The notes beneath the pieces were generated by a model. The model searched no databases and was not told where the DNA came from. It saw nothing but the letters and a program-made list of their open reading frames with translations. 55,994 nt of DNA from a virus (taxonomy: Duplodnaviria; Caudoviricetes), in the IMG/VR virus record IMGVR_UViG_3300025543_000030, positions 1-55,994 of that record. One strand, written 5' to 3'. A program made the translations under genes and the position numbers. This document shows positions 15,731 to 24,966 of the stretch, piece by piece (the first letter of the stretch is position 1; every line of letters begins with the position of its first letter).

Positions 15731-18421
15731 ATGGCATTATTAACAAATATAAATGGTAAATTCAGCGTTAGTGACGCAGGTGCAGTAACTTTTAATAATG
15801 CATTTACTTTTCCAACTACAGATGGTACTGCTAATTATGTGTTAAAAACAAATGGTAGTGGGCAGTTAGCTTGGGCAGCAGATAATTATGAAAACTATGA
15901 TTATTGGACTTTACAAGGTGATTCTGCTGCTAATGTGAATATAAATTCTACTAACACATTAAAATTTATTGGAGGAACATATATAGATACTTCAGCAACT
16001 TGGGCGGGTGGATCTAACCCTAGAAAATTAACAATTAATCACGAAACTACAAGTAGAACTGACACAACCTCTACGGATGCACCAGCATTCGGTGGAACTT
16101 TTGAAGCTGTGACTAGTGTTACAACTAACACAACAGGGCATGTTACAGCTATAGATGTTTCAACAATAACTATACCAACTGATCCAGGTGGAACTGTAAA
16201 AGGAACTGGTACCGCAACAAGAGTAGCTTTTTGGTCAGCAAGTGATACTATAACTAGTGATGCTGATTTATATTGGGATAACACAAATAAAAGATTAGGG
16301 ATCGGGACAACTTCACCTAGTGCAACTCTTAATATTAAAAGCTTAAATAGTTCAAATTCTGATTCTTTATCTGATGTAATTACAAATTCAGAGTTTAAAT
16401 TACAATATAGAGCCGACGATTTATCTTCAATGTATCTTGGTGGCCTAGGAAGTGAAAGAGGATATTTACAATCTATAAATAATGCTGAAAACGCTGGTAC
16501 ATCATTTTCTTTAAATCCTTATGGAGGCAACGTAGGAATCGGAACGACTTCGCCCGCAACTAAATTAAACATTAGAAGTGACGCATCTGATGATGGTATT
16601 TTATTAGAAAAATCTGATGGTACAGATATAGCTAGATTATTTTACGATGGCACTTCTACTAATGCACGACTTGATATGTTTAGTGGTGGTTCAGCCACAA
16701 TACAATTAAAAGCAAATGGAATTACACATTTTTCAGGAGGAAACGTCGGGATCGGGGTGGCTTCAGGAATAGATGCAAACTTAAGAGTAGACGCAAACTC
16801 AGCCACCTTAACACAAGAAATATTAAAAGTAAAAGGAGGCGGAAGTGGAGGTGCTTATGGCTTTTTAGTTGAAGCAAATAATGGAGATGATTTATTTAAA
16901 GTAGATACTTTATCTTATAATTCTTATTTTACTAACGGCAACGTCGGGATCGGGACGACTGGGCCGGTAAATAAATTAGGAATAGAAGTTGCAGCAAATT
17001 CAAACACAAAAGCAATTAATATATACAGTAAAAATACAAGTCCTAATTCTTATACAAGTATTGGTTCGCAGTATTCAATTTCTAATACTTATGTTGAATC
17101 AGAAATAAGGTTTGGAAATGAAACACAAAGCGGAGGAGGTTCTTATTTAGGTTTTGTTGCAGGTGGGACAAATACTGGTAATACAGAAAAAATGCGTATT
17201 ACAAGTGGAGGTAACGTAGTAATTAATTATAACGCTACAGGTGGTGTTGTAGACCCTGTTAATAGTAAATTTACAGTTGCAACACAACCTCCTTATAATT
17301 ACGCTAACTCAAAAATTGAGCCTACAACAGCAACATTCTTTTCCGATAAAATGACTAATAATGATTATAATTCTATATTACAATTAGTGTCAGTTAGAGC
17401 TTCTTTAACATCAGGGCAAAATTCTAATGGATATTTAGGATTTTCTACACTTGATAATTCTAACGCTCAAGGTGTTATTGATGCAGGTAGAATAGCTATT
17501 GTAAACGAAAATGGTGTAGCAAGAAATTCCCCAACAGCTTTAAGTTTTTGGACTAATACCCCTAATGGAAATGTAGATAATACTCCTGCTACAGAAAAAA
17601 TGCGTATTGGCTCTTCAGGAGATGTAAAAATTACAACAAATGGCAAGTTTTTACAAGGAGTAAGAAATACTGGAAGTGCGACTATTGATATGATAGGTTT
17701 CGTTAGTGGAACAGATACATTACAAATAAAAGGCGGGACAAGTGGTGCAGCAAATGCTATTAGTTTTTATGATACTGGAGGGTTTTTAGGCACATGGTAT
17801 AACGGCAACTTTGGGATCGGGACGACTTCGCCTGGGGTTAAACTTCAAGTTCAACACGATCAAGCCGCGGAAAGTAACGTTATTTTTATGAATAACAGCA
17901 CGAGCGCAGGGGCTGCAATACGACTATCATTAAATGTAGGTAATCCAGCAGGTGATGATCCTATGATTTCATTTAACATAGGTGATGGAGGTTTAGATTG
18001 GACAATGGGTGTGGATAACTCAGATAGTGATAAATTCAAAATATCAGGAGGTACAGACAGTCATAATCCAAACTTAGGAACTAATGATCAATTAGTTATA
18101 GATAGTTCAGGTAATTTAACTATGACAGGAGATGTAATAGCTTATTCTGATAAAAAATTAAAGAAAAATATTAAAACTTTAGATGGTTCTAAGGTTTATA
18201 AAATGAGGGGTGTTAGTTTTGATAGAATTGATACAGGTAAAGCAAGTTCTGGAGTTATAGCTCAAGAAATACAAAAAATAGCACCTGAATTAATAAGTGA
18301 ATCAAATGATACATTAGGTGTTGCTTATGGAAATATCTCAGGATATTTAATTGAAGCAATAAAAGAATTAAAAGCGGAAATAGAGGAATTAAAGTCTAAC
18401 AAATGTAATTGTAATAAGTAA
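15731..18421 (+). CDS. tail fibre protein with C-terminal peptidase S74-like chaperone
   Basis: Multiple GNVGIGT..P and EKMRI repeats; AYSDKKLKKNIK, GVIAQE, LIEAIKEL. Confidence 0.88.
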   Translation: MALLTNINGKFSVSDAGAVTFNNAFTFPTTDGTANYVLKTNGSGQLAWAADNYENYDYWTLQGDSAANVNINSTNTLKFIGGTYIDTSATWAGGSNPRKLTINHETTSRTDTTSTDAPAFGGTFEAVTSVTTNTTGHVTAIDVSTITIPTDPGGTVKGTGTATRVAFWSASDTITSDADLYWDNTNKRLGIGTTSPSATLNIKSLNSSNSDSLSDVITNSEFKLQYRADDLSSMYLGGLGSERGYLQSINNAENAGTSFSLNPYGGNVGIGTTSPATKLNIRSDASDDGILLEKSDGTDIARLFYDGTSTNARLDMFSGGSATIQLKANGITHFSGGNVGIGVASGIDANLRVDANSATLTQEILKVKGGGSGGAYGFLVEANNGDDLFKVDTLSYNSYFTNGNVGIGTTGPVNKLGIEVAANSNTKAINIYSKNTSPNSYTSIGSQYSISNTYVESEIRFGNETQSGGGSYLGFVAGGTNTGNTEKMRITSGGNVVINYNATGGVVDPVNSKFTVATQPPYNYANSKIEPTTATFFSDKMTNNDYNSILQLVSVRASLTSGQNSNGYLGFSTLDNSNAQGVIDAGRIAIVNENGVARNSPTALSFWTNTPNGNVDNTPATEKMRIGSSGDVKITTNGKFLQGVRNTGSATIDMIGFVSGTDTLQIKGGTSGAANAISFYDTGGFLGTWYNGNFGIGTTSPGVKLQVQHDQAAESNVIFMNNSTSAGAAIRLSLNVGNPAGDDPMISFNIGDGGLDWTMGVDNSDSDKFKISGGTDSHNPNLGTNDQLVIDSSGNLTMTGDVIAYSDKKLKKNIKTLDGSKVYKMRGVSFDRIDTGKASSGVIAQEIQKIAPELISESNDTLGVAYGNISGYLIEAIKELKAEIEELKSNKCNCNK

Positions 18422-18888
18422 TGGCAGTACCAACTTCAGGAACATTATCAATGCTAAATATAGCCCAAGAAGCTTTATACGGAACTTGGGGATCAGGAAC
18501 AATAACTGGACCAATATCCATATATGATATGATTAATGGAGGTAATAGCAATGGTTCAGGTAATTCATATCCTACGGTAAACGATGGGTGTACGCCAAAT
18601 CCTGTTGATAGGAGTTATTATCAAATTACCTTAACATTAGCTCAGTCCGGTAATGAAATAAAAACAACTGTTTTCACAACAAGAAACCCCATTACAGGGT
18701 TAGTAACAAATGATGTTTTATATGACTACGTAAATGGCTCATATACAGCTTGGACAGGAGCATCGCAAACTTATTCATATTGGATATTTGCACAAGGAAC
18801 ATTTTTTGGTTGTACATCAAGTGAGTGTCCTAACATTTCAGTTAGTTCGTCTGGGGTAGTAACTACTAACGGGTGTCTTTGCCCATAA
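18421..18888 (+). CDS. small tail-fibre-associated protein (Cys-containing)
   Basis: MAVPTSGTLSM..I..E start, which I recall from proteins following S74-type fibres; TAATG coupling. Confidence 0.65.
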   Translation: MAVPTSGTLSMLNIAQEALYGTWGSGTITGPISIYDMINGGNSNGSGNSYPTVNDGCTPNPVDRSYYQITLTLAQSGNEIKTTVFTTRNPITGLVTNDVLYDYVNGSYTAWTGASQTYSYWIFAQGTFFGCTSSECPNISVSSSGVVTTNGCLCP

Positions 18889-18898
18889 AATATAAATT

Positions 18899-19231
18899 AT
18901 GCCTATAGCTTATCCATATAGATTTTCAGATTGGTACGGTTATGATAAAGACTGTGCATCAGTAACTGGTTTTTTAGCTGGCTCTGGTCAATCAAGTAGT
19001 TCGGGAATATGTAATCAATTATCTTCGCAAACAACATATTATCACAACGGTAGCGGAACTTATCCAGTAGTAGGTGATATAGTATATACAAATTCAGCTG
19101 GAACAACACCATTAAATGGAGGTAGCGGAACTAACTGGCCTTATTTTCCATCAGGCCCTAACCCACCAGACGGCTGGTTTAGAATAACAGGAAGCACAGG
19201 AACAGTTCAATCACAAAGTAACTGTCCTTAA
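18899..19231 (+). CDS. small tail-fibre-associated protein (Cys-containing)
   Basis: FSDWYGYDKDC and TYYHNGSGTYPVVGDIVYT motifs. Confidence 0.65.
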   Translation: MPIAYPYRFSDWYGYDKDCASVTGFLAGSGQSSSSGICNQLSSQTTYYHNGSGTYPVVGDIVYTNSAGTTPLNGGSGTNWPYFPSGPNPPDGWFRITGSTGTVQSQSNCP

Positions 19232-19254
19232 ATTAATAAATTAAAACAATAAAA

Positions 19255-19614
19255 ATGGCAATTACTTACAAATGGACAATTAACCAAATGAATGCACATA
19301 TTCAAGCTGAAGGCGAGGATAATGTTATATACACAGTGCATTGGACTTACTCAGGTTCTGAAGAATCTGGAGGGCAAACTTACAGCGCATCACAAATAGG
19401 TGCTCAAAGCTTTACTTATGTAGCTGGAGAACCTTTCGTACCTTATGAAAACACTGAAGCTTTTGAAAATGTAGTAATCGGATGGCTTGAAGATGCATTA
19501 GATGTAGCTGCAATGGCAGCTAGTATTGAAGCACAAATACAAAAAGAAATTACACCAGTAAATGAAGATTTATACTTTACATGGCAAAACCCACCTGTAC
19601 CACCTGTGGAATAG
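19255..19614 (+). CDS. conserved phage protein, possible fibre assembly chaperone
   Basis: MAITYKWTI...VIYTVHW...VIGWLE family; acidic; located at the end of the fibre cluster. Confidence 0.6.
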   Translation: MAITYKWTINQMNAHIQAEGEDNVIYTVHWTYSGSEESGGQTYSASQIGAQSFTYVAGEPFVPYENTEAFENVVIGWLEDALDVAAMAASIEAQIQKEITPVNEDLYFTWQNPPVPPVE

Positions 19615-19715
19615 TGTAAGTTTTGTAAAAAACAAGTGATAGTATAACTAAACCTATATTGCTAGCGAAGCAATATTAACCAAAAATAAAGTTTAACCCT
19701 TAAAACCAAAACACG

Positions 19716-20015
19716 ATGACTTATTTTTATTCGTTGAGCTCAAGTATGGGCCAACCACAAACACCGCAGATTACCGAAGAAACTATTAACGTATGGAAAC
19801 ATTTATCCAAAAAGAAACATTGGAGAATAGTTCAGTTACCTAATGGTTATTTTCAAACCGAACACCGTGACCTTGTAGAAAAAGACAAATGGTACGATGT
19901 AACAAGACGTGAAACTATGGAAGCCGCAGAAATTGCAATTGATGGTAGTGTTGATCACTATGCAAAGAAAGTAGATTTCTTAAAAGGACCTAAAGTAGTT
20001 AAGACGTTTAAATAA
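19716..20015 (+). CDS. hypothetical protein
   Basis: ORF track, 99 aa, A-rich leader. Confidence 0.75.
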   Translation: MTYFYSLSSSMGQPQTPQITEETINVWKHLSKKKHWRIVQLPNGYFQTEHRDLVEKDKWYDVTRRETMEAAEIAIDGSVDHYAKKVDFLKGPKVVKTFK

Positions 20016-20047
20016 TATTAATCAATCAAATTAAATTAAATTAAATT

Positions 20048-21607
20048 ATGTCAAATGCAATTGTGAAAAATCTGAACTTTGGTTCAGATGCTAAAAACAA
20101 TGTGTTTGCTGGTATTACAAAACTTACACAAGCCGTTAGCTCCACTCTTGGAGCTAGTGGTAAGTGTGTTATGTTAGAAGATCAAACCGGTGAACCTATT
20201 ATTACAAAAGATGGTGTAACAGTGGCTGATGCCATTACACTTCTTGATCCTGTTGAAAACATGGGAGCAACTTTATTAAAGCAAGCTGCTAGAAAAACAG
20301 TGAGAGAAGCTGGAGACGGTACAACAACCGCAACAGTATTAGCTCATTCTATTTTAGATGAAGCTTATAAAGTTATAACAAAAGAAAACGCTAGAGATTT
20401 AAAAAAGGGTATTGAAACAGCAACTGATAAAGTTGTTGATTATTTAAACTCAATAGTTACTACAGTTAAAGACGATATGATTGATCAGGTAGCAACTATA
20501 TCTACTAATAACGACCCTGAACTTGGTAAAATTATTGCTAATGCTTTTAGATCTGTAGATGAAACTGGTGTTGTTATACTTGAAGTTTCTGATTTACCAG
20601 AAACTATATTTGAAACCATTGATGGTATACAATACGATAGAGGATTAAAAAATATACATTTTGTAACTAACAAAGAAAACAATACAGCTGAACTAGATAA
20701 ACCATTAGTATTGATAGTTGAATCAGAGGTTGAAAATGTTAGAAAAATACAAAGTGTTTTAGAGTATGCTATAAAACAAAATAGATCATTACTTATTATA
20801 GCTGATGTAGACCAACAAGTTATGTCCGCTTTAGCAATGAATAAATTAAAGGGTAATATTAAAGTTAATTTAATTGACGCTCCTGTTTACGGGGTTAATA
20901 AAAAAGAAACATTAGAAGATTTGGCTTTACTTACAGGAGCCACTGTTATAAATGAAGATCTTGGAGATGATATTGATTTAATAGGCCCTGAACACTTAGG
21001 TGAAATACAAAAAAGTGTTACAAGCCAAACAGAAACTATACTACATGTTGGTGAAGTTTGTAAAGAGGTTAAAGAAATCATTAAAGATTTAAAATCTAAA
21101 CTTAAAACAGCTAAGCACCCTGGAATAGTAGTTAATACTGAAAAAAGACTAGCTAGATTATCAGGTAAAGTTGCTGTAGTGAAAGTAGGGGCTAATTCAG
21201 AAGTTGAATTAAAAGAAAAGAAAGATAGAGTTGAAGACGCAATATGCGCAACTAAAGCTGCTATAAAAGAAGGTATTGTTCCAGGTGGTGGTATTGCATT
21301 ACTTAATGCATCACAAAAAGTTCAAACTTCTAACGCTTATGAAAACATACTTTTAAGAGCAATTAAAGCACCTTTTAAGACCATTTTAAGCAATGCAGGT
21401 ATAGTTAACCATAAAGTATCTTTAACAGAAGGAAAAGGTTTAAATGTAGTTACAGGAAATATGGTTAATATGATTGAGTCAGGGATTATTGATCCTTTAC
21501 TTGTCACAAAAAGTGCGTTAAGAAACGCGGCATCAGTAGCATCAACTATTTTATCAACCGATTGTGTAATCAATAATCTTAGAGTTAATGAAGGCAATAG
21601 GGAATAA
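20048..21607 (+). CDS. groEL: chaperonin GroEL (Cpn60)
   Basis: ITKDGVTVA, AGDGTTTATVLA, KDRVEDA..ATKAA..EGIVPGGG and GIIDP..VTKSAL.NA.S.A signatures. Confidence 0.97.
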   Translation: MSNAIVKNLNFGSDAKNNVFAGITKLTQAVSSTLGASGKCVMLEDQTGEPIITKDGVTVADAITLLDPVENMGATLLKQAARKTVREAGDGTTTATVLAHSILDEAYKVITKENARDLKKGIETATDKVVDYLNSIVTTVKDDMIDQVATISTNNDPELGKIIANAFRSVDETGVVILEVSDLPETIFETIDGIQYDRGLKNIHFVTNKENNTAELDKPLVLIVESEVENVRKIQSVLEYAIKQNRSLLIIADVDQQVMSALAMNKLKGNIKVNLIDAPVYGVNKKETLEDLALLTGATVINEDLGDDIDLIGPEHLGEIQKSVTSQTETILHVGEVCKEVKEIIKDLKSKLKTAKHPGIVVNTEKRLARLSGKVAVVKVGANSEVELKEKKDRVEDAICATKAAIKEGIVPGGGIALLNASQKVQTSNAYENILLRAIKAPFKTILSNAGIVNHKVSLTEGKGLNVVTGNMVNMIESGIIDPLLVTKSALRNAASVASTILSTDCVINNLRVNEGNRE

Positions 21608-21848
21608 TTTAATAGTAAACATGACTAAGCAAGGTGTCTCTGAAACAAAAGGAGGTCTTTTCTTAGCAGAAAAACAACGAGAGGATATAAGATACGCTGA
21701 AGGCACTGTATTATCAGCTGGAAGCAATGTTATTGGAATTAATAAAAATGATGTAATTTATTTTGATAAAAATAATTGCCATCAAATAGAAATTAATAAA
21801 GAAATATATCAAGTTGTTAATATGGCTAACGTAGTAGTTGTATTGTGA
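21588..21848 (+). CDS. groES: co-chaperonin GroES (Cpn10)
   Basis: MKAIGNNLIV, mobile loop ETKGGLFL, GTVLSAG, I..NDVIYF; 86 aa; adjacent to groEL. Confidence 0.85.
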   Translation: MKAIGNNLIVNMTKQGVSETKGGLFLAEKQREDIRYAEGTVLSAGSNVIGINKNDVIYFDKNNCHQIEINKEIYQVVNMANVVVVL

Positions 21849-22288
21849 GATTAGAAGCTAGTGACATTAGAAGTTTAAATCTTTTAAAACATTACAGAAT
21901 TATTAGAAAATGGGCCTGTAAAAATAATGATTTAAATGATGCGGATCTAGAATTACTTATATACTTCGATTGCATGGATCTTTTTAAACGAGAAGATTTT
22001 AAAATCGGTACATATTCTTATAGTTGGGATAATAGACGCTGGAACAGATTACTTAAAGAAGGTTGGATAACGGTTTGGAGAAAACACAACCGCACAACTC
22101 AAAAGTACAATATCTATAAAGTTTCCTTCAAGTGTAAACAACTAATAAGTCGAATGTACCGTATCATGCTTGGTATTGAAGATATACCGACTTCAACCTC
22201 GAGAAATAAAATAATGAAAGGCAAAACCTATATAGACAAAGTTATGATTACGTCTATAAATAATGTAAATAAAGATAAAAACCGATAA
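21845..22288 (+). CDS. hypothetical protein, possible winged-helix DNA-binding protein (GTG start)
   Basis: LNDADLELLIY...RLLKEGWI...YKVSFKCKQL pattern is MarR/wHTH-like; GTGA overlap with groES. Confidence 0.55.
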   Translation: MRLEASDIRSLNLLKHYRIIRKWACKNNDLNDADLELLIYFDCMDLFKREDFKIGTYSYSWDNRRWNRLLKEGWITVWRKHNRTTQKYNIYKVSFKCKQLISRMYRIMLGIEDIPTSTSRNKIMKGKTYIDKVMITSINNVNKDKNR

Positions 22289-22290
22289 TC

Positions 22291-22398
22291 ATGGGAAAAA
22301 AAGAAAAAAAAGTAGAAGTAAAAAAAGAAGTTTCGTCAATTGATAAAAAAATTGCTAAACTACAATTAGCTATTTCAAAATTACAAAAAAGAAAATAA
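22291..22398 (+). CDS. small Lys-rich protein (35 aa)
   Basis: Hand-translated MGKKEKKVEVKKEVSSIDKKIAKLQLAISKLQKRK; TAATG coupling. Confidence 0.6.
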   Translation: MGKKEKKVEVKKEVSSIDKKIAKLQLAISKLQKRK

Positions 22399-22793
22399 TG
22401 GCATTTTTTGGTTCAATAGCTAGTGCTCTTATAGGTGCAAAGTTATCTAAAAAGAAAACTGCTGCTAGTAGTATTGGTGGTATTCTTGGCGGAAGTCAAA
22501 CAACTTCTGACAAACCTATTGCTACAGATCACAAGCACTCAAGTGATTCATCTAAAGAAGATATACAAAATGAAGCTATTTCAGTTAGACCAGATCCAAG
22601 TTTTATGGGTAAAGGTCAAATGAAAAACTTTTCTTCATTAACAACACCTGAGAGTGTAGATAGAAGTGGTAGAGCGATTAGTTCACAAGAACTAGATCCT
22701 GTTGGTATAAAACCAGCAATGAATCCACCATTAGCTACACCAATAGATATAGATCAACAAGGAGTAAATAGTTTATACTCTGATAAATTTTAA
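22398..22793 (+). CDS. hypothetical protein
   Basis: ORF track, 131 aa, low complexity. Confidence 0.7.
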   Translation: MAFFGSIASALIGAKLSKKKTAASSIGGILGGSQTTSDKPIATDHKHSSDSSKEDIQNEAISVRPDPSFMGKGQMKNFSSLTTPESVDRSGRAISSQELDPVGIKPAMNPPLATPIDIDQQGVNSLYSDKF

Positions 22794-22796
22794 ATT

Positions 22797-23009
22797 ATGG
22801 CAAAACAACCAGGACAATTAGGACAAAATACAATATGGGACGGACCCTTATCAGAAGTAGGAAGACCTTTAGCAAAAGGTAACTCAAGATATGGTGATAA
22901 CTGTATGCAAGTATTAAAAGCTCCAACACCTTACAGCCCAGGACCAATAACTACTAAGACTTACAAAAGTCAAATGAGTCAAGGTGTCCCAGGTTTAAGT
23001 TCAAAGTAA
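22797..23009 (+). CDS. hypothetical protein
   Basis: ORF track, 70 aa. Confidence 0.7.
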   Translation: MAKQPGQLGQNTIWDGPLSEVGRPLAKGNSRYGDNCMQVLKAPTPYSPGPITTKTYKSQMSQGVPGLSSK

Positions 23010-23021
23010 AAACTCACTATA

Positions 23022-23486
23022 ATGAGTGATAGAATAAGTGAACACATCTCGCTTAAAGAAGGGATTAAATCTCACACGGCAACTAGGCTTGGTATTGACA
23101 ATACACCTAGAGAAATAGATTTAATTAACATGAAAACTATTGCAGAACAAGTGTTTGAACCTCTACGCAAATGGGTGGGTGGTCCAATCGCTATTAATAG
23201 TTTCTATCGCTCGCCCCAACTCAATTCTGCCATTGGCGGAAGTACAACCTCTCAACATTGTATTGGTTGTGCACTTGACTTAGACGATAACTATGGTCAT
23301 AAAACTAATGCAGAGATGTATGAGTATATAAAAAATAATTTAGATTTCGATCAGATTATTTGGGAATTTGGTACAGATAAAAACCCTAATTGGGTGCATG
23401 TAAGCTATGTGTCTGAAGATGCAAACAGAAGAAGATGTTTAAAAGCTTATAAAGAAAACGGTAAAACTAAATACAAAATAATATAG
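23022..23486 (+). CDS. peptidase M15 family endolysin
   Basis: INSFYRS..LN.AIGGS..SQH..G.A.D and WVHVSY zinc-ligand motifs. Confidence 0.9.
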   Translation: MSDRISEHISLKEGIKSHTATRLGIDNTPREIDLINMKTIAEQVFEPLRKWVGGPIAINSFYRSPQLNSAIGGSTTSQHCIGCALDLDDNYGHKTNAEMYEYIKNNLDFDQIIWEFGTDKNPNWVHVSYVSEDANRRRCLKAYKENGKTKYKII

Positions 23487-23488
23487 TT

Positions 23489-23689
23489 ATGTTAAATTCA
23501 CCATTATTAAAAAAATATTGTGGCGGACCATCAAAAAAATCACACGGTCCTGTTAAAAGTAGAAAAGGAAAAAGAGTATCTTGGAAATATGGAAAAGGCA
23601 CTTATTCAGGAACTTGTATAAACGATAGCTGCAGTAGAGCTAGAACTGAAAATGGAAAAATTAAAATACTACCTAAAAACAGAAAGTAA
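23489..23689 (+). CDS. small basic protein, possible SH3/Tudor-like fold
   Basis: KGKRVSWKYGKGTYSG pattern; 66 aa. Confidence 0.55.
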   Translation: MLNSPLLKKYCGGPSKKSHGPVKSRKGKRVSWKYGKGTYSGTCINDSCSRARTENGKIKILPKNRK

Positions 23690-23692
23690 ATT

Positions 23693-23992
23693 ATGGCTTA
23701 TAAAGTAGAAGGTCCAGCTATAAAAGAAAAAGCTTACGAAAAACAAAATCGTAAAATGCGATCTGACTATACTAAAGAAACTGGTAAAAAATTAGGTAGT
23801 AGACAAACGTCTGGTACTGGTGCTAGAAGAGTTTCTTTTGCTTGTAGATTTGCTGGTATGAAAGGAGCAATGAAAGGTGCTAATGGTGAGCCAACTAGAA
23901 AAGCTATGGCTTTAAAAAAATGGGGATTTGGTAGTGTTGAAGCTGCTAGAAACTTTTGTAATAAAAATAAAAATAAAAAAAATAAAAAATGA
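23693..23992 (+). CDS. basic conserved phage protein (RRxSFxxR...ALKKW family, DUF6321-like)
   Basis: RRVSFACRFAGMKG...PTRKAMALKKWG motif. Confidence 0.65.
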   Translation: MAYKVEGPAIKEKAYEKQNRKMRSDYTKETGKKLGSRQTSGTGARRVSFACRFAGMKGAMKGANGEPTRKAMALKKWGFGSVEAARNFCNKNKNKKNKK

Positions 23993-24729
23993 TTAGAAAT
24001 TATTACACAGAATCTTACAAGAGTGGAGTTGTTCCTGTTGTAAGCGCAACTCAATTAATTGATGGTACGGTTAAAGTAATACAATCGACAACAGCAACTT
24101 CTGTTGTTAATGCTGTTCCTTCTGTTACTTTAGTTTTAACTTTAAATAGAAATATTCAAGTGGGTATGTATATAACATGTCCTACAATGAATCCAGTTAT
24201 AGGTATTAACGATCATCTTATGGTGGCTCGTGTTGTACACGATACAAACACAACTGTAACTTTAAATAAATCAGTTGTAATGCAAGCTGGTCAAACACTT
24301 ACATTTTTTAGTATAAATCAAGGAAGTTGGAGTGAATATAATTTGTTTGTAGGTACATCACCTGGAGCTGATGGCTCAACTATTACTACTAATAACAACA
24401 ACGTATCAACAAACACAGCTTTAGTTTTAAAATCACCTAATACTTTAATTCAAGCAGGTATGAACGTGGGTGGTGTAGGTGTTCCTGCTGGTACTAAAGT
24501 TGCAACTGTAACTAATTCATCTAACTTTATATTAGATCAAGCTGTTAATATTGCAGCAGATATACAATTAGTTTACAGTTTTGATGTATTACCTAGTATA
24601 TCAGTTTTAACAGCTGATAATGAAACAATAACATTTACTAATCCTGCTCAAGGATTTGTATTACCAGTTTCTGTTGTTCAAATAACAGGTGTTGCTGGAG
24701 GTATATCAAACTTGGTGGCATTAAATTAA
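23989..24729 (+). CDS. probable structural protein with two internal beta repeats
   Basis: IQVGMYIT and IQAGMNVGGVGVPAGTKV repeats; V/T-rich. Confidence 0.6.
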   Translation: MIRNYYTESYKSGVVPVVSATQLIDGTVKVIQSTTATSVVNAVPSVTLVLTLNRNIQVGMYITCPTMNPVIGINDHLMVARVVHDTNTTVTLNKSVVMQAGQTLTFFSINQGSWSEYNLFVGTSPGADGSTITTNNNNVSTNTALVLKSPNTLIQAGMNVGGVGVPAGTKVATVTNSSNFILDQAVNIAADIQLVYSFDVLPSISVLTADNETITFTNPAQGFVLPVSVVQITGVAGGISNLVALN

Positions 24730-24739
24730 AAAATAAATT

Positions 24740-24958
24740 ATGGATACAAAAATAACTAAAGGTAACGCAAAAGATGCTATCAAAGATGACAAAGCTCACA
24801 TAGATTATTTAAAAAGAGATGTTTTAGATGATCAAAAAAAAGGAGGCAAATATAAAGATATTAACCAAACAGCTGATGAAAAACATATATCAAAATTAGC
24901 TGGAGACATTAGACACGATCATACTTTCTTGTCTAAACATATGCAACACAATAAATAA
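24740..24958 (+). CDS. hypothetical protein (Asp/His/Lys-rich)
   Basis: Two repeats: DDKAHIDYLKRD and ADEKHISKLAGD. Confidence 0.7.
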   Translation: MDTKITKGNAKDAIKDDKAHIDYLKRDVLDDQKKGGKYKDINQTADEKHISKLAGDIRHDHTFLSKHMQHNK

Positions 24959-24966
24959 AAAAAATT

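Noticed and set aside
6871-18421. Diversity-generating retroelement acting on tail fibres
   Set aside because: No reverse transcriptase in the window; the duplicated fibre segment differs at synonymous positions of all bases, not only at adenines.
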